From: the human T2T-CHM13v2.0 reference genome, Homo sapiens
Reading direction: 5' to 3' (one strand)
Assembly (NCBI RefSeq): GCF_009914755.1
Contig: NC_060946.1
Length of the DNA: 64,000 nt
The notes below the pieces were generated by a model, which saw nothing but the letters and a program-made list of their open reading frames with translations, made no database searches and had not been told where the DNA came from. The first letter of the stretch is position 1, and every line of letters starts with the position of its first letter. Made by a program: the position numbers and the translations under genes. Shown here piece after piece: positions 48,823 to 62,400 of this stretch.

Positions 48823-49864
48823 AAAAAGCTAGTTGTCAAGAATAAGTTGCTCAAATATCTTTCTCAATTACTTTTTATTTTGTTTTGTAATTATTATTCT
48901 ATTTTGGTTTTCCTTTAGAATTGTGAAATATCTTGAATCAGAAATTGCAGAGAATATATAAATGTGTAGGAATGTACTCTGCAATCAAACTAGATCTCGA
49001 AAGTGTTTTGTTGTAGTTTATACCTTGAATTCGAAGGCCATTCTATACAAGGCACTTGAAAAATTTTCAAGCTCATATATTTCATAATAGTACAGAATTT
49101 ATTGTTCTTTTATTTGCAAGGAGATAGACCAGATAAAATATCACTTTATTTTTTACAGTGTTGACTTTGATATTCTAAACTTGTCAGTTTATACAGATTA
49201 ATGAAGACTCCGTACATGTAAAATTCACTATAATTTTTTTTCTGGTATGAGAATATAAACAAATAGTAACTACATAACCAAACAGGTAAAGTAAAAATAT
49301 ACAATAGCTTGACAAAAAAAAAAAAAAAGAAGAAGAAAAAAGAAACCCCTATACGTTACTTAACATTCTAAATCTCTGAGGACAAAATTGGATTCAAAAG
49401 AAACATTTCTCGTGGGCAGGGAAAGGGCTAAAAATCTAAAGTATATAATAAGTATATTCCTCATTGCTATAAAATATATGACCAGCATGACATTTCAATA
49501 CATGTTCAAGTTTTCTGAAGAAAGTTCTAGGATAATAGGATTTCAACTTTTGATTCTACAGATATCATTTTTGTGATTGGTATGGGAGAATCATCCTCTC
49601 CATGTATTAGTGGATTCAAATGAAAAAAAAAATCAGGCAGCTAGTTCCTTTCCAAGAAGCCTTAGAGATTGTTGTACATAAAAATAGCCATATTTCTGAT
49701 TCAAATTTTAATTAGAGAATTCTCTTTATTCCCTCTTCAGCATAAAATTATGCACTGGCACTCTGCTCTGCAGACAAGTAAAACTTCTTACCTGCTATAA
49801 TTTGAGATACCCAAGACTCAGAACATATTAACTCCTAGCTGAAAGTCCCAAAAACTTCTCAGGA

Positions 49865-50468
<604 letters not shown>

Positions 50469-53400
50469 CTCCACTCCACTCCACTCCACTCCATTCCATT
50501 TCATTCCATTCCATTCCATTCCATTCCATTCCATTCCATCCCATTCCATTCCACTCCATTCCATTCCATCCCATTCCATTCCACTCCATTCCATTCCATC
50601 CCATTCCATTCCACTCCCTTCCACTCTATTCCACTCCATTCCACTCTACTCCAGTCCACTACACTCCATTCTATTCCATTCCATTTCATTCCAATCTATT
50701 CCATTCCATTCTTTTATTTTGTCAGGAATTCACTCCCTCACCCAGGTTGGAGTGCAGTGGCACAATCTCAGCCCACATTTCATTTCAACATGCCATTCCA
50801 TTCCATTCCATTCCTTTCCATTCTATTCCACACCACTCCACAAAACTCCACTCTACTCCACTCCACTGCATTCCTTTCCATTACATCCCATTCCCTTCCT
50901 CTTCTTTCCACTATACTCCACTACACTCCACTCTACTCCACCCCAATCCACCCCACTCCATTCCATTCTACTCTAATCCGTTCCATTCCTTTCTTTCGAT
51001 AGGATATCACCTGTCACCCAGGATGGAGTGCAGTGGCACAATCTCAGCTCACATTTCATTTCACCATTCTATTCCATTCCATTCCACTACACTCCTCTCC
51101 ACTCCACTCCATTCAATTTGAATCCAATCCACTCAACTCCATTCCATCCCATCCCATTCCACTCCACTCCATTCCACTTCAAGCCATTCCATTCCACTCC
51201 ATCCCATCCCATTCCTTTCCACTCCAATCCACTGCATTCTACTCCATTCCATTCCACACCATTCCATTCTATTCCTTTCTGTCAACAAGACCTCACTCTG
51301 TCACCCAGGATGGAGTGCAGTGTCATAATCTCAGCTATCATTTCATTTCATGATTCCATTCCATTCCATTGCATTCCATTGCATTCCATTTCATTCCATT
51401 CCATTCCATTGCATTCCATTCCATTCCATCCCTTCCCATTCCACTCCATTCCACTCCACTCCTCTCCATTCCATTCCACTCTATTCCATTCCATTCCACT
51501 CCAATCCACTACATTCCACTCCACTCCACTCCATTCCATCCCATTGAATTCCACTCAATTCCACTCCACTCCACTCCACACCACTTCTCTCCAATCAATT
51601 CCATTCCATTCCACCCCATTCCATTCCACTCCCTTCCATTCGACTCCACTCAAATCCAGTCCACTCCACTCCACTCCACCACACTCCATTCCATTCCATT
51701 CCACTCCATTCCATTCCATTCCTTTCCATTCCTTTCTTTCGACAGGATCTCAATCTGTCACCCAGACTGGAGTGGAGTGACACTATCTCAGCTCACATTT
51801 AATTTCACCATTCCATTCCATTCCATTATATTCCATTCAATTCCATTCCATCCCATTTCATTCCACTCCTATGCACTCCACTCCACTGCACTCCATTCCA
51901 TTCCATTCAATTCCATTCCACTCCACTCCACTCCACTCCACTCCACTCCATTCCATTCCATTCCACTCCATTCCATTCCACTCCTTTAAATTCCATTCAT
52001 TTCCTTCGACAGGATCTCACTTTGTCACCCAGGCTGGAGTGCAGTGGCACAGTCTCAGCTCATATTTCATTTCATCATTCCAGTCAATACCATTCCATTC
52101 CTTTCCATTCCATTCTATTCCATTACACTAAAATCCACTCTGCTCCACTCCACTCCATTCCATTGCATTCCATTCCATTCCACTCTACTCCACTCCTCTC
52201 CATCCCAATCCACTCCACTCCATCCAATTCCATCCAATTCCATCCAATTCCATTCCATTCCACCCCTCGTCCCTCCACTCCACTCCCCTCCACTTCATAC
52301 CATTAGATTCCATCCCATTCCATTTCACTCCACTCCACTCCATTCTACTCCACTCCACTCCATTCTACTCCACTCTACTCCACTCTGCTCTGCTCCACTC
52401 CATTATATTCCACTCTATTCCATTCCATTCTTTACATTCAACAGGATCAAACTCTGTCACCCAGTCTGGAGTGCAGAGGCAGAATCTCAGCTCACATTTC
52501 ATTTCACTATTCCATTCCATTCCATTCCATTCCATTCCACTCCACTCCACTCCACTCCACTCCACTCCACTCCATTCCATTCCACTGCATTTCACTCCAT
52601 GCCACTCCACTCACTGCACCTCATTCCATTCCACTCCATCCCATTGCATTCCACTCCATTCCATTCCACACCACTCCACTCCACTCAGCTCCACTCCACT
52701 CCATTCCATTCCATTTCTTTCTTTTGACAGCATCTCACCCTGTCAACCAGACTGGCAGACAGTGGCACAAACTCAGTTCACATTTCATTTCACCACTCCA
52801 TTACATTCTATTCCATTGCATTCAATTCCATTGCATTCCACTGCATTCCATTCCATTCCACTCCACTCCATTCCACTCTACTCCACTCCAATCCACCTCA
52901 CTCCATGGTATTCAATTCCATCCCATTCCATTCCACTCCATTCCTCTCCACTCCACTCCATTCCATTCCATTCCACTCCATCCCATTCCATTCCACTCCA
53001 TTACGATGCATTCCACTCCAATCCACTCCACTCCATTCCATTCCATTCCATTATAATTCAATCCCCTACATTCCATTAATTTCTTTTGACAGTATCTCAC
53101 GCTGTCACATAGGCTGGAGTGCAGTGGCACTATCTGAGCTCACATTTAATTTCACAATTCCATTCCATTGCATTCCATTGCATTCCATTCTATTGCATTC
53201 CATTCCATTGCAATCCATTCCATTCAATTCCATTCCAACCCATTCCATTGCATTCCTGTGAACTCCAATCCACTCCACTCCACTGCATTCCATTCCATTC
53301 CGTTCCGTTCCGTTCCGTTCCGTTCCACTCCATTCCATTCCATTCCATTCCATTCCATTCCGTTCCATTCCGTTCCATTCCGTTCCATTCCGTTCCACTG

Positions 53401-56400
53401 CATTCCATTCCATTCCATTCCATTCCACTCCTTTCCATTCCATTCCTTTCCTTCAACAGAATCTCACTCTGTCACCGAGGCTGGAGTGCAGTGGCACAAT
53501 CTCAGCTCATATTTCATTTCATCATTTCATTCTATACTATTCCATTTCTTTCCATTCCATTCTACTCCATTACACTCCAATCCACTCTACTCCACTCCAC
53601 TCCATTCCACTGCATTCCGTTCCATTCCATTCCTCTCCACTCCTCTCCACTGCACTCCACTCCACTCCATTCCATTGCATTCAATTCCACTCCATTCCAC
53701 TACAGTCCACTCCATTCCATCCAACTCCATTCCACTCCACACCATTCCATTCCATTCCACACCATTCCACTCCACTCCACTTCACTCCACTCCACTGCAC
53801 TCCATTCCATTCAATTCCATCCGATTCCATTCCACTCCATTCCACTCCACATCACTCCATGCCCCTCCACTCCACTAAATTCCATTCCATACTTTTCTTT
53901 CGACAGGATCTCACTCTGTCATCCAGGCTGGCGTGCAGTGGCACAAACTCAGCTCACATTTCATTTAACCATTTAATTCCATTCCATTCTATTCCATTCC
54001 ATACCATTCCATTCCATTCTATTCCACTCTACTCCACTCCACTCCACTCCATTCCACTCCACTCCACTCCATGTCATTCCCTTCCATCCCATTCCATTCC
54101 ACTCCATTCCACCCTACTCCACTCAAATTCACTCCACCCCACTCCACTACAAGCCATTCCATTCCATCCCATTTCATTCCATTCCATTCCACTCGACTCC
54201 ACTCCACTCCACTCCAATCCACTCCACTCCATTCAATTCAATCCCATTCCATTCCATTCCTTTCTTTCGATGGGATCTCACTGTGCCAAAAAACGCTGGA
54301 ACACACTGGTACAATCTCAGCTCACATTTTATTTCACCATTCCATTCCATTCCATTCCATTCCATTCCATTCTGCTCCTTTCCCCTCCACTCCACTCCAC
54401 TCCACTCCCCTCCATTCCATTCCATTCCATTCCATTCCATTCCATTCCATTCCATTCCATTCCACTCCACTCCATTCCACTCCAATTCAGTCAAATTCAC
54501 TCCACCCCAATTCACTCCACTCCACTCCATTCCACTCCATTCCATTCCATCCCATTCCATTTCACTCCATTCCTCTCCACTCAAATCCACAGCACTCCAT
54601 TCCATTCCACTCCATCTCATTCCTTTCCACTCCATTATGCTCCATTCCACTCCACTCCATTCCATTCCATTCCATCCCATTCCATTCCATTATAATTCAC
54701 TCCCTTACATTATATTAATTTATTTTGACAGGATCTCACTCTGTCACACAGGCTGGAGTGCAGTGGCACTATCTCAGCTCACATTTAATTTCAGAATTCC
54801 CTTCCACTGAATTCCATTCCATTGCATTCCATTGCATTTCATTCTATTCCATTCCTTTCCATTCCATTCTATTCCATTCCATTCAATTCCATTCCATCCC
54901 ATTCCATTGCACGCCTGTGAACTCCACTCCACTCCACTGCATTCCATTCCAATCCATTCCATTCCACTCCACTCCACTCCACTCTACTCCATTCCATTCC
55001 ATCCCGTTCCATTCCACTCCATTCCAATATACTGCACTCCACTACACTCTATTCCATTCCATTGCATTCCAGTCCTTTCCATTCCATTCCTTTCTTTCAA
55101 CAGGTTTTCACTCTGTCACCTATGCTGGAATGCAGTGGCACAATCTCAGCTCATATTTCACTTCTTCATTCCATTCTCTTCCATTCCATTGCTTTCCATT
55201 CCATTCAATTTGATTCCACTACATTCCATTCCACTCCACTCCACTCCACTCCACTCCACTCCACTCCACTCCTCTTCATTCGACTCCACTCCATTCCATT
55301 CCATTTAATTCCACTCCACTCTACTCGATTCCTCTCCACCCAACTCCACTCTACTCCATACCACTCCACTCCTCTCCCCAACACTCCACTTCACTCTCCT
55401 CCACTTCATTCCATTCGATTCCATCCCATTCCATTCCATTCGACTCCACTCCTCTCCACTCCACTCCTTTCCATTCCTTTCCTTTCCACTCCATCCCATT
55501 CCACTCCACTCCACTCCATTCCATTCCATTCCATTCCACTCCATTCCGTTCCATTCCTCACATTCGACAGGATGTCTCTCTGTCACCCAGTCTGGAGTGC
55601 AGTGGCAGAATCTCAGCTTACATTTCATTTCACTATTCCATTCCATTCCATTCCATTTCATTCCATTCCACTCCATTCCATTCCATTTCTTTCCATTCCA
55701 CTCCATTCCATTCCACTCCACTGCACTCCACTCCACTCCACTCCATTCCATTCCATTCCATTCCATTCCATTCCATTCCATTCCATTCCACTCCAGTCCA
55801 CTCTATTCCACTCCACTCCACTCCATTCCATTCCATCCTATTCCATTCCACTGCATTTCACTCCATGTCACTCCACTCACTGCACTCCATTCCATTCCAC
55901 TCCATCCCATTCCATTCCACTCCATTCCACTCCATCCCATTCCATTCCATTCCATTCCAGTCCACACCACTCCACTACAATCAACTTCACTACACTCCAT
56001 TCCATTCCATTCCTTTCTTTTGATAGCATCTCACCCTGTCTACCAGACTGGCGGGCAGTGGCACAAACTCAGCTCACATTTCATTTCACCACTCCATTCC
56101 ATTCTATTCCATTGCATTCCATTCCATTCCATTCCACTGCATTCCATTCCATTCCATTCCACTCCACCCCATTCCACTCTACTCCACTCCAATCCACTCC
56201 ACTCCACCTCACTCCATGGCATTCAATTCCATCCCATTCCATTTCACTAAATTTCACTCTACTCCACTTCAATCCACTCCTCTCTACTCCACTCCATGCC
56301 ATTCCTCTCCATCCCATTCCATTCCGCTGCATTCCACTTGACTCCACTCCACTCCACTCCATTCTATTCCATACAATTCCACTCCATTCCATTCCATTCC

Positions 56401-59400
56401 TTTCTTTCCACAGGAGCTCACTCTGTCACAAAGGCTGGAGTGCAGTGGCCCAATCTTAGCTCAAATTTCTTTTCACCATTCCATTGCATTCCATTCCATC
56501 CAATTCCATTCCACCTTATTTACCTCTAGTCCACTCCACTCCATTCCATTTCACTCCAACTCTTTCCATTCGACTCCATTTCACTCCAGTCCACACCACT
56601 CCACTCCCCTCCACTCTACTCTATTCCATTTAACTCCATTGCATTCCATTCCTTTCTTTCAACAGGATATCACTGTGTCACCCAGGCTGGAGGGCAGTGG
56701 CACAATCACAGCTCACATTACATGTCAACTTTCCATTGCATTGCATTCAATTCCATTCCATTCAATTCCATTCCATTCCACTTCGTTCCACTCCATTCCA
56801 CGCCACTCTATTCCACTGCATTCCATTACATCCGATTCCATTCCACTCAATTCCATTCATCTCCACTCCACTGCACTCTACTCCACTCCATTCCACTCCA
56901 TCCCATTCCATTCGGCTCCATTCCACTGAACCCCACTCTGCTCCATTCCACTGAACTCCACTCCTCTCCATTCCACTGAACTCCACTCCACCCCACTCCA
57001 CTCCACTTCATTCCTTTCCATTCCATCCCGTTCTATTCCTCGCCATTCCAATCCACTCCAGTCCACTCCACTCCACTCCAGTCCACTCCATTCCATTCCA
57101 TTCCGCTGCATTCCATTCCATTCCTTCCTTTCGAGAGTATCACACTCTGTGACCCAGCCTGGAGTACAGTGGCACAATTTCAGCTCACATTTCATTTCTC
57201 CATTCCATTCCATTCCATTCCATTCCATTCCATTCCACTCTACTCCACTCCACTCCACTCCAATCCATGCCACTACACTACACTCCTCTCCATTCCAGTG
57301 CACTCCACACCTGTCCATTCCATCCCATTCCATTCCACTCCTTTCCACTCCACTCCACTCCATTCCAGTCCATTAAACTCCATTCCATTCCTTTCCTTTC
57401 TTTTGACAGTATCTCACTCTGTCACTCAGGCTGGTGTGCAGTGGCACAATAACAGCTCCCATTTCATTTCATGATTCCATTCCATTCCATTCCATTCCAT
57501 TCCATTCCACTCCACTCCACTCCACTCCACTCCAATCCATTCCATTCCATTCCATTCCATTCCATTCCATTCCATTCCATTCCACTGCACTCCACTCCAC
57601 TCCAATCAATTCCACTCCACTCCACTTCCATCAATTCCTTTCCATTCCATTCCAATCCCTTCCATTCCACTCCTTTCTTTCAACAGGATCTCCCTCTGTC
57701 ACACAGGCTGTAGCGCAGTGGCACAATATCAGCACACATTTCTTTTCACCATTCCATTGCATTCCATTCCATTCCATTCCATTCCATTCCATTCCATTCC
57801 ATTCCATTCCACTCCACTCCCCTCCACTCCTTTCCACTCGACTCCACTCCATTCCATTCCACTCTACTCCACTCCACTCCATTTCATTCCATCCCATTCC
57901 ATTCCATTCCTTTCCACTCCACTCTACTGCACTTCATTCCATTCCATTCCACGCCATTCCATTCCAATATTTTCTTTTGACAGGATCTCACTCTGTCACC
58001 GAGGCTGGAGTGCAGTAGCACAATCTCAGCTCACATTTCATTTCACCATTCCATTCCAATACATTCCATTCCATTCCATTCCATTCCATTCTATTCCATT
58101 CCCCTTCATTCCGTTCCATTCCACTCCACTCCACTCCATTTTGTTCCATTCTACTCCATTCCATTCCATTCCTTTATTTCAAATGGATCTCACACTGTCA
58201 CACAGACTGGAGTGCAGTGGCAAGATCTTAGCTCACATTTCATTTTTCCATTCCATTCCATTCCATTCCACTCGACTCCACTCCACTCTATTCCATTCCA
58301 CTCCACTCCACTCCATTCCATTCCATTAAACTCCATTCCACTCCACTCCACTCCACTCCATGCCACTCCATTACACTCCACTCCACTCTACTCCATTCCA
58401 CTCCACTCCATTCCGTTACACTCCATTCCACTCCATTCCACTGCACTCCTCTCCACTCTCCTCCATTTTACTCCACTCCACTCCATTCCATTCCACTACA
58501 CTCCATTCCATTCCATTCCATTGCATTCCATTCCATTCCATTCCACTACACTCCATTCCATTCCATTCCATTGCATTCCATTCCATTCCATTCCATTCCA
58601 TTCCATTCCATTCCAACCAATTCCATTCCATTGCACTCCATTCCATTCCAACACATTCCATTCCATTCATTTCCTTTGACAGGATCTCACTGTGTCAAAA
58701 AAGGCTGTAATACAGTGGCACAATCTCAGCTCACATTTCTTTCACCATTCCATTGCATTCCATTCCATTCCATTCCATTCCACTCCACTCCATTCCACTC
58801 CACTCCCCTCTATTAGATTCCATTCCATTCCATTCCATACCATTCCACTCCATTCCACTTCACTCCAATAAACTCCACTCCACTCCTTTCCATTCCTTCC
58901 CATTCCATTTCACTCCATTCCTCTCCACACCACTCCAGTCCACTCCATTCCACTTCACTCCAATAAACTCCACTCCACTCCTTTCCATTCCTTCCCATTC
59001 CATTTCACTCCATTCCTCTCCACACCACTCCAGTCCACTCCATTCCATTCCAATCCATCCCATTCAATTCCACTCCATTCCACACCACTTCACTACACTC
59101 CACTCGATTCCATTCCATTCCATTTTACTCCATTCAATTCCATTCCTTTCTTTCGACAGGATCTCACTGTGTCACAATGGCTGGAGTGCAGTGGCACTAT
59201 CTCAGGTCACATTTAATTTCACCATCCATTCCTTTGTATTCCATTGCGTTCCTTTCCATTTCATTCCATTGCATTCCATTCCATTTCATTCCATTACATT
59301 CCATTCCTTTTCATTCCATTGCATTCCATTCCATTGCATTCTATTCAATTCCATTCCATCCTATTCCATTCCATTTCTGTGAACTCCACTCCACTCCACT

Positions 59401-62400
59401 CAATTCCATTCCATCCCATTCCATTCCACTCCATTCCACTATAATTCACTCCACTCCACTCCACTCCATTCCATTCAATTCCATTCCATACCATTCCACT
59501 CTATTCGATTCCACTCCAATAAACTCCACTCCTCTCCACTCCTTTCTATTCCATCCCATTCCATTTCACTCGATTCCTCTCCACTCCACTCCAGGTCACT
59601 CCATTCCATTCTAATCCATCCCACTCAATTCCACTCCATTCCGCTCCGTTCCACACCGCTTCGCTACACTCCATTCGATTCCATTTCATTCCATTTGACT
59701 CCATTCCATTGCATTCCTTTCTTTCGACAGGATCTCACTGTGTCAACCTGGTTGGAGTGCAGTGGCACTATCTCAGGTCACATTTAATTTCACCATCCTT
59801 TCCTTTGTGTTCCATTGCATTGCATTCCATTCAATTCCATTCCATCCTTTTCCATTCCACTTCTGTGAACTACACTCCACTACACTCTGCTGCATTCCAT
59901 TCCATTCCACTCCACTCCACTCCACTCAATTCCATTCAATCCAATTCCATTCCACTCCATTCCACTATACTCCACTCCATTCCATTCCTCCCCACTCCAG
60001 TCCACTCAACTCCCCTCCACTCCACTCCTCACCATTCCATTCCATTCCATCCCTTTCCATTCCACTCAATTCCACTCCACTCCACTCCACTCAACTAAAC
60101 TCCACTCCACTCCACTCCATTCCATTCCACTCCATCACTTTCTATTCGACTCTATTCCACTCCACTCCACTCCACTCCACTGCCTTCCATTCCATTCCAT
60201 TCCAGTCCATTCCATTCCTTTCTTTCGAGAGGATCTCACACTGTCACCCAGGCTGGAGTTCGGTGGCACAATATCATCTCACATTTCATTTCACCATTGC
60301 ATTCAATTTCATTCCATTCCATTCCATTCCACTCCACTCCATTCCACTCCACTCCATTCCACTCCACTCCATTCCACTCCATTTCATTCCATTCTACTCA
60401 ACTCCACTCCACTCAATCCCATTCCTTTCCACCCCACTCCTCTCCACTCCACTCCATTCCATTCCATTTCATTCATTCCATTCCATTCAATTTCCCTCCA
60501 TTCCGTTCCATTCCACTCCACTCCACTCCACTCCATTTTATTCCATTCTACTCCATTCCATTCCATGCCTTTATTTCGAATGGATCTCACACTGTCACAC
60601 AGACCAGAGTGCAGTGGCAAAAACTTAGCTCACATTTCATTTCACCATTCCATTCCACTTCACTCCATTCAATTCCACTGCACTCCACTCCACTTCATTC
60701 CATTCCATTACACTCCATTACATTCCACTCCACTCCACTCCACGCCACCCCATTACACTCCACTCAACTCTACTCCATTCCTTTCCACTCCATTCCGTTA
60801 CATTCCATTCCACTTCATTCCACTGCAGTCTTCTCCACTGCACTCCATTCCACTCCACTCCATTCCACTCCACTCCACTCCATTCCATTCCACTCCACTC
60901 CACTCCATTCCACTCCATTCCACTCCACTCCACTCCATTCCACTCCACTCCACTCCATTCCACTCCACTTGACTCCAGTCCACTCCACTCCATTCCATTC
61001 TACCACATTCCATTCCATTCCTTTATTTCGTTTGGATCTCACTCTGTCACCCAGACTGAAGTGCAGTGGCACAATCTTAGCTCACATTTTATTTCACCAT
61101 TCCATTCCATTCCATTCCATTCCATTCCATTCCATTCCATTCCATCCCATTCCATTCCATCCCATTCCATTGCACTCCATTCCATTCCAACACATTCCAT
61201 TCCATTCCTTTCCTTTGACAGGATCTCACTGTGTCAAAAAAGGCTGTAATACAGTGTGACCATCTCAGCTCACATTTCTTTCACCACTCCATTGCATTCC
61301 ATTCCACTCCACTCCACTCCACTCCCCTCTATTCCATTCCATTCCATTCCATTCCATTCCATTCCATTCCATTCCATTCCATTCCATTCCATTCCATACA
61401 ACTCCACTCCATTCCATACAATTCCACTCCATTCCACTCCATTCCATACCATTCCACCCCATTCCACTCCACTCCAATAAATTCCACTCCACTCCACTCT
61501 ACTCCTTTCCATTCCATCCCATTCCATTTCACTCCATTCCTCTCCACTCCACTCCAGTCCACTCCATTTCATTCCAATCCATCCCATTCAATTCCACTCC
61601 ATTCCACTCCTTTCCACTCCACTTCACTACACTCCATTCGATTCCATTCCATTCCATTTCACTCCATTCCATTCCTTTCCTTTCTTTCGACAGGATCTCA
61701 CTGTGTCACCCTGGCTGGAGTGCAGCGGCACGATCTCAGTTCTCATTTAATTTCACCATCCATTCCTTTGTATTCCATTGAATTCCATTCCATTTCATTC
61801 CATTACATTCCATTCCATTGCATTCCATTCCTTTGCATTGCATTCCATTGCATTCCATTCCATTGCATTCCATTCCATCCCATTCCATTCCACTTCTGTG
61901 AACTCCACTCCACTCCACTGCATTCCATTCCATTCCATTCCACTGCACTCCACTCCACTCAATTCCATTCCATCCCATTCCATTCCACTATACTCCACTC
62001 CACTCCACTAAATTCCATTCCATTCCATTCCTCCCCACTCCACTCCGCTAAACTCCCCTCCACTCCACTCCTCAGCATTGCATTCCATTCCATCCCTTTC
62101 CATTCCACTCAATTCCACTCCACCCCACTCCACTAAACTCCACTCCACTCCATTCCATTCCACTCCATCGCATTCCTTTCCACTCTTTTCCACTCCACTC
62201 CACTCCACTGCATTCCATTCCATTCCACTCCATTCCATTCCATTCCATTCCACTCCATTCCATTCCTTTCTTTTGAGAGGATCTCACTCTGTCACACAGG
62301 CTGGAGTTCGGTGGCACAATATCACCTCAGATTTCATTTCACCACAGCATTCAATTTCATTCCATTCCATTCCATTCCACTCCACTCCATTCAACTCCAC

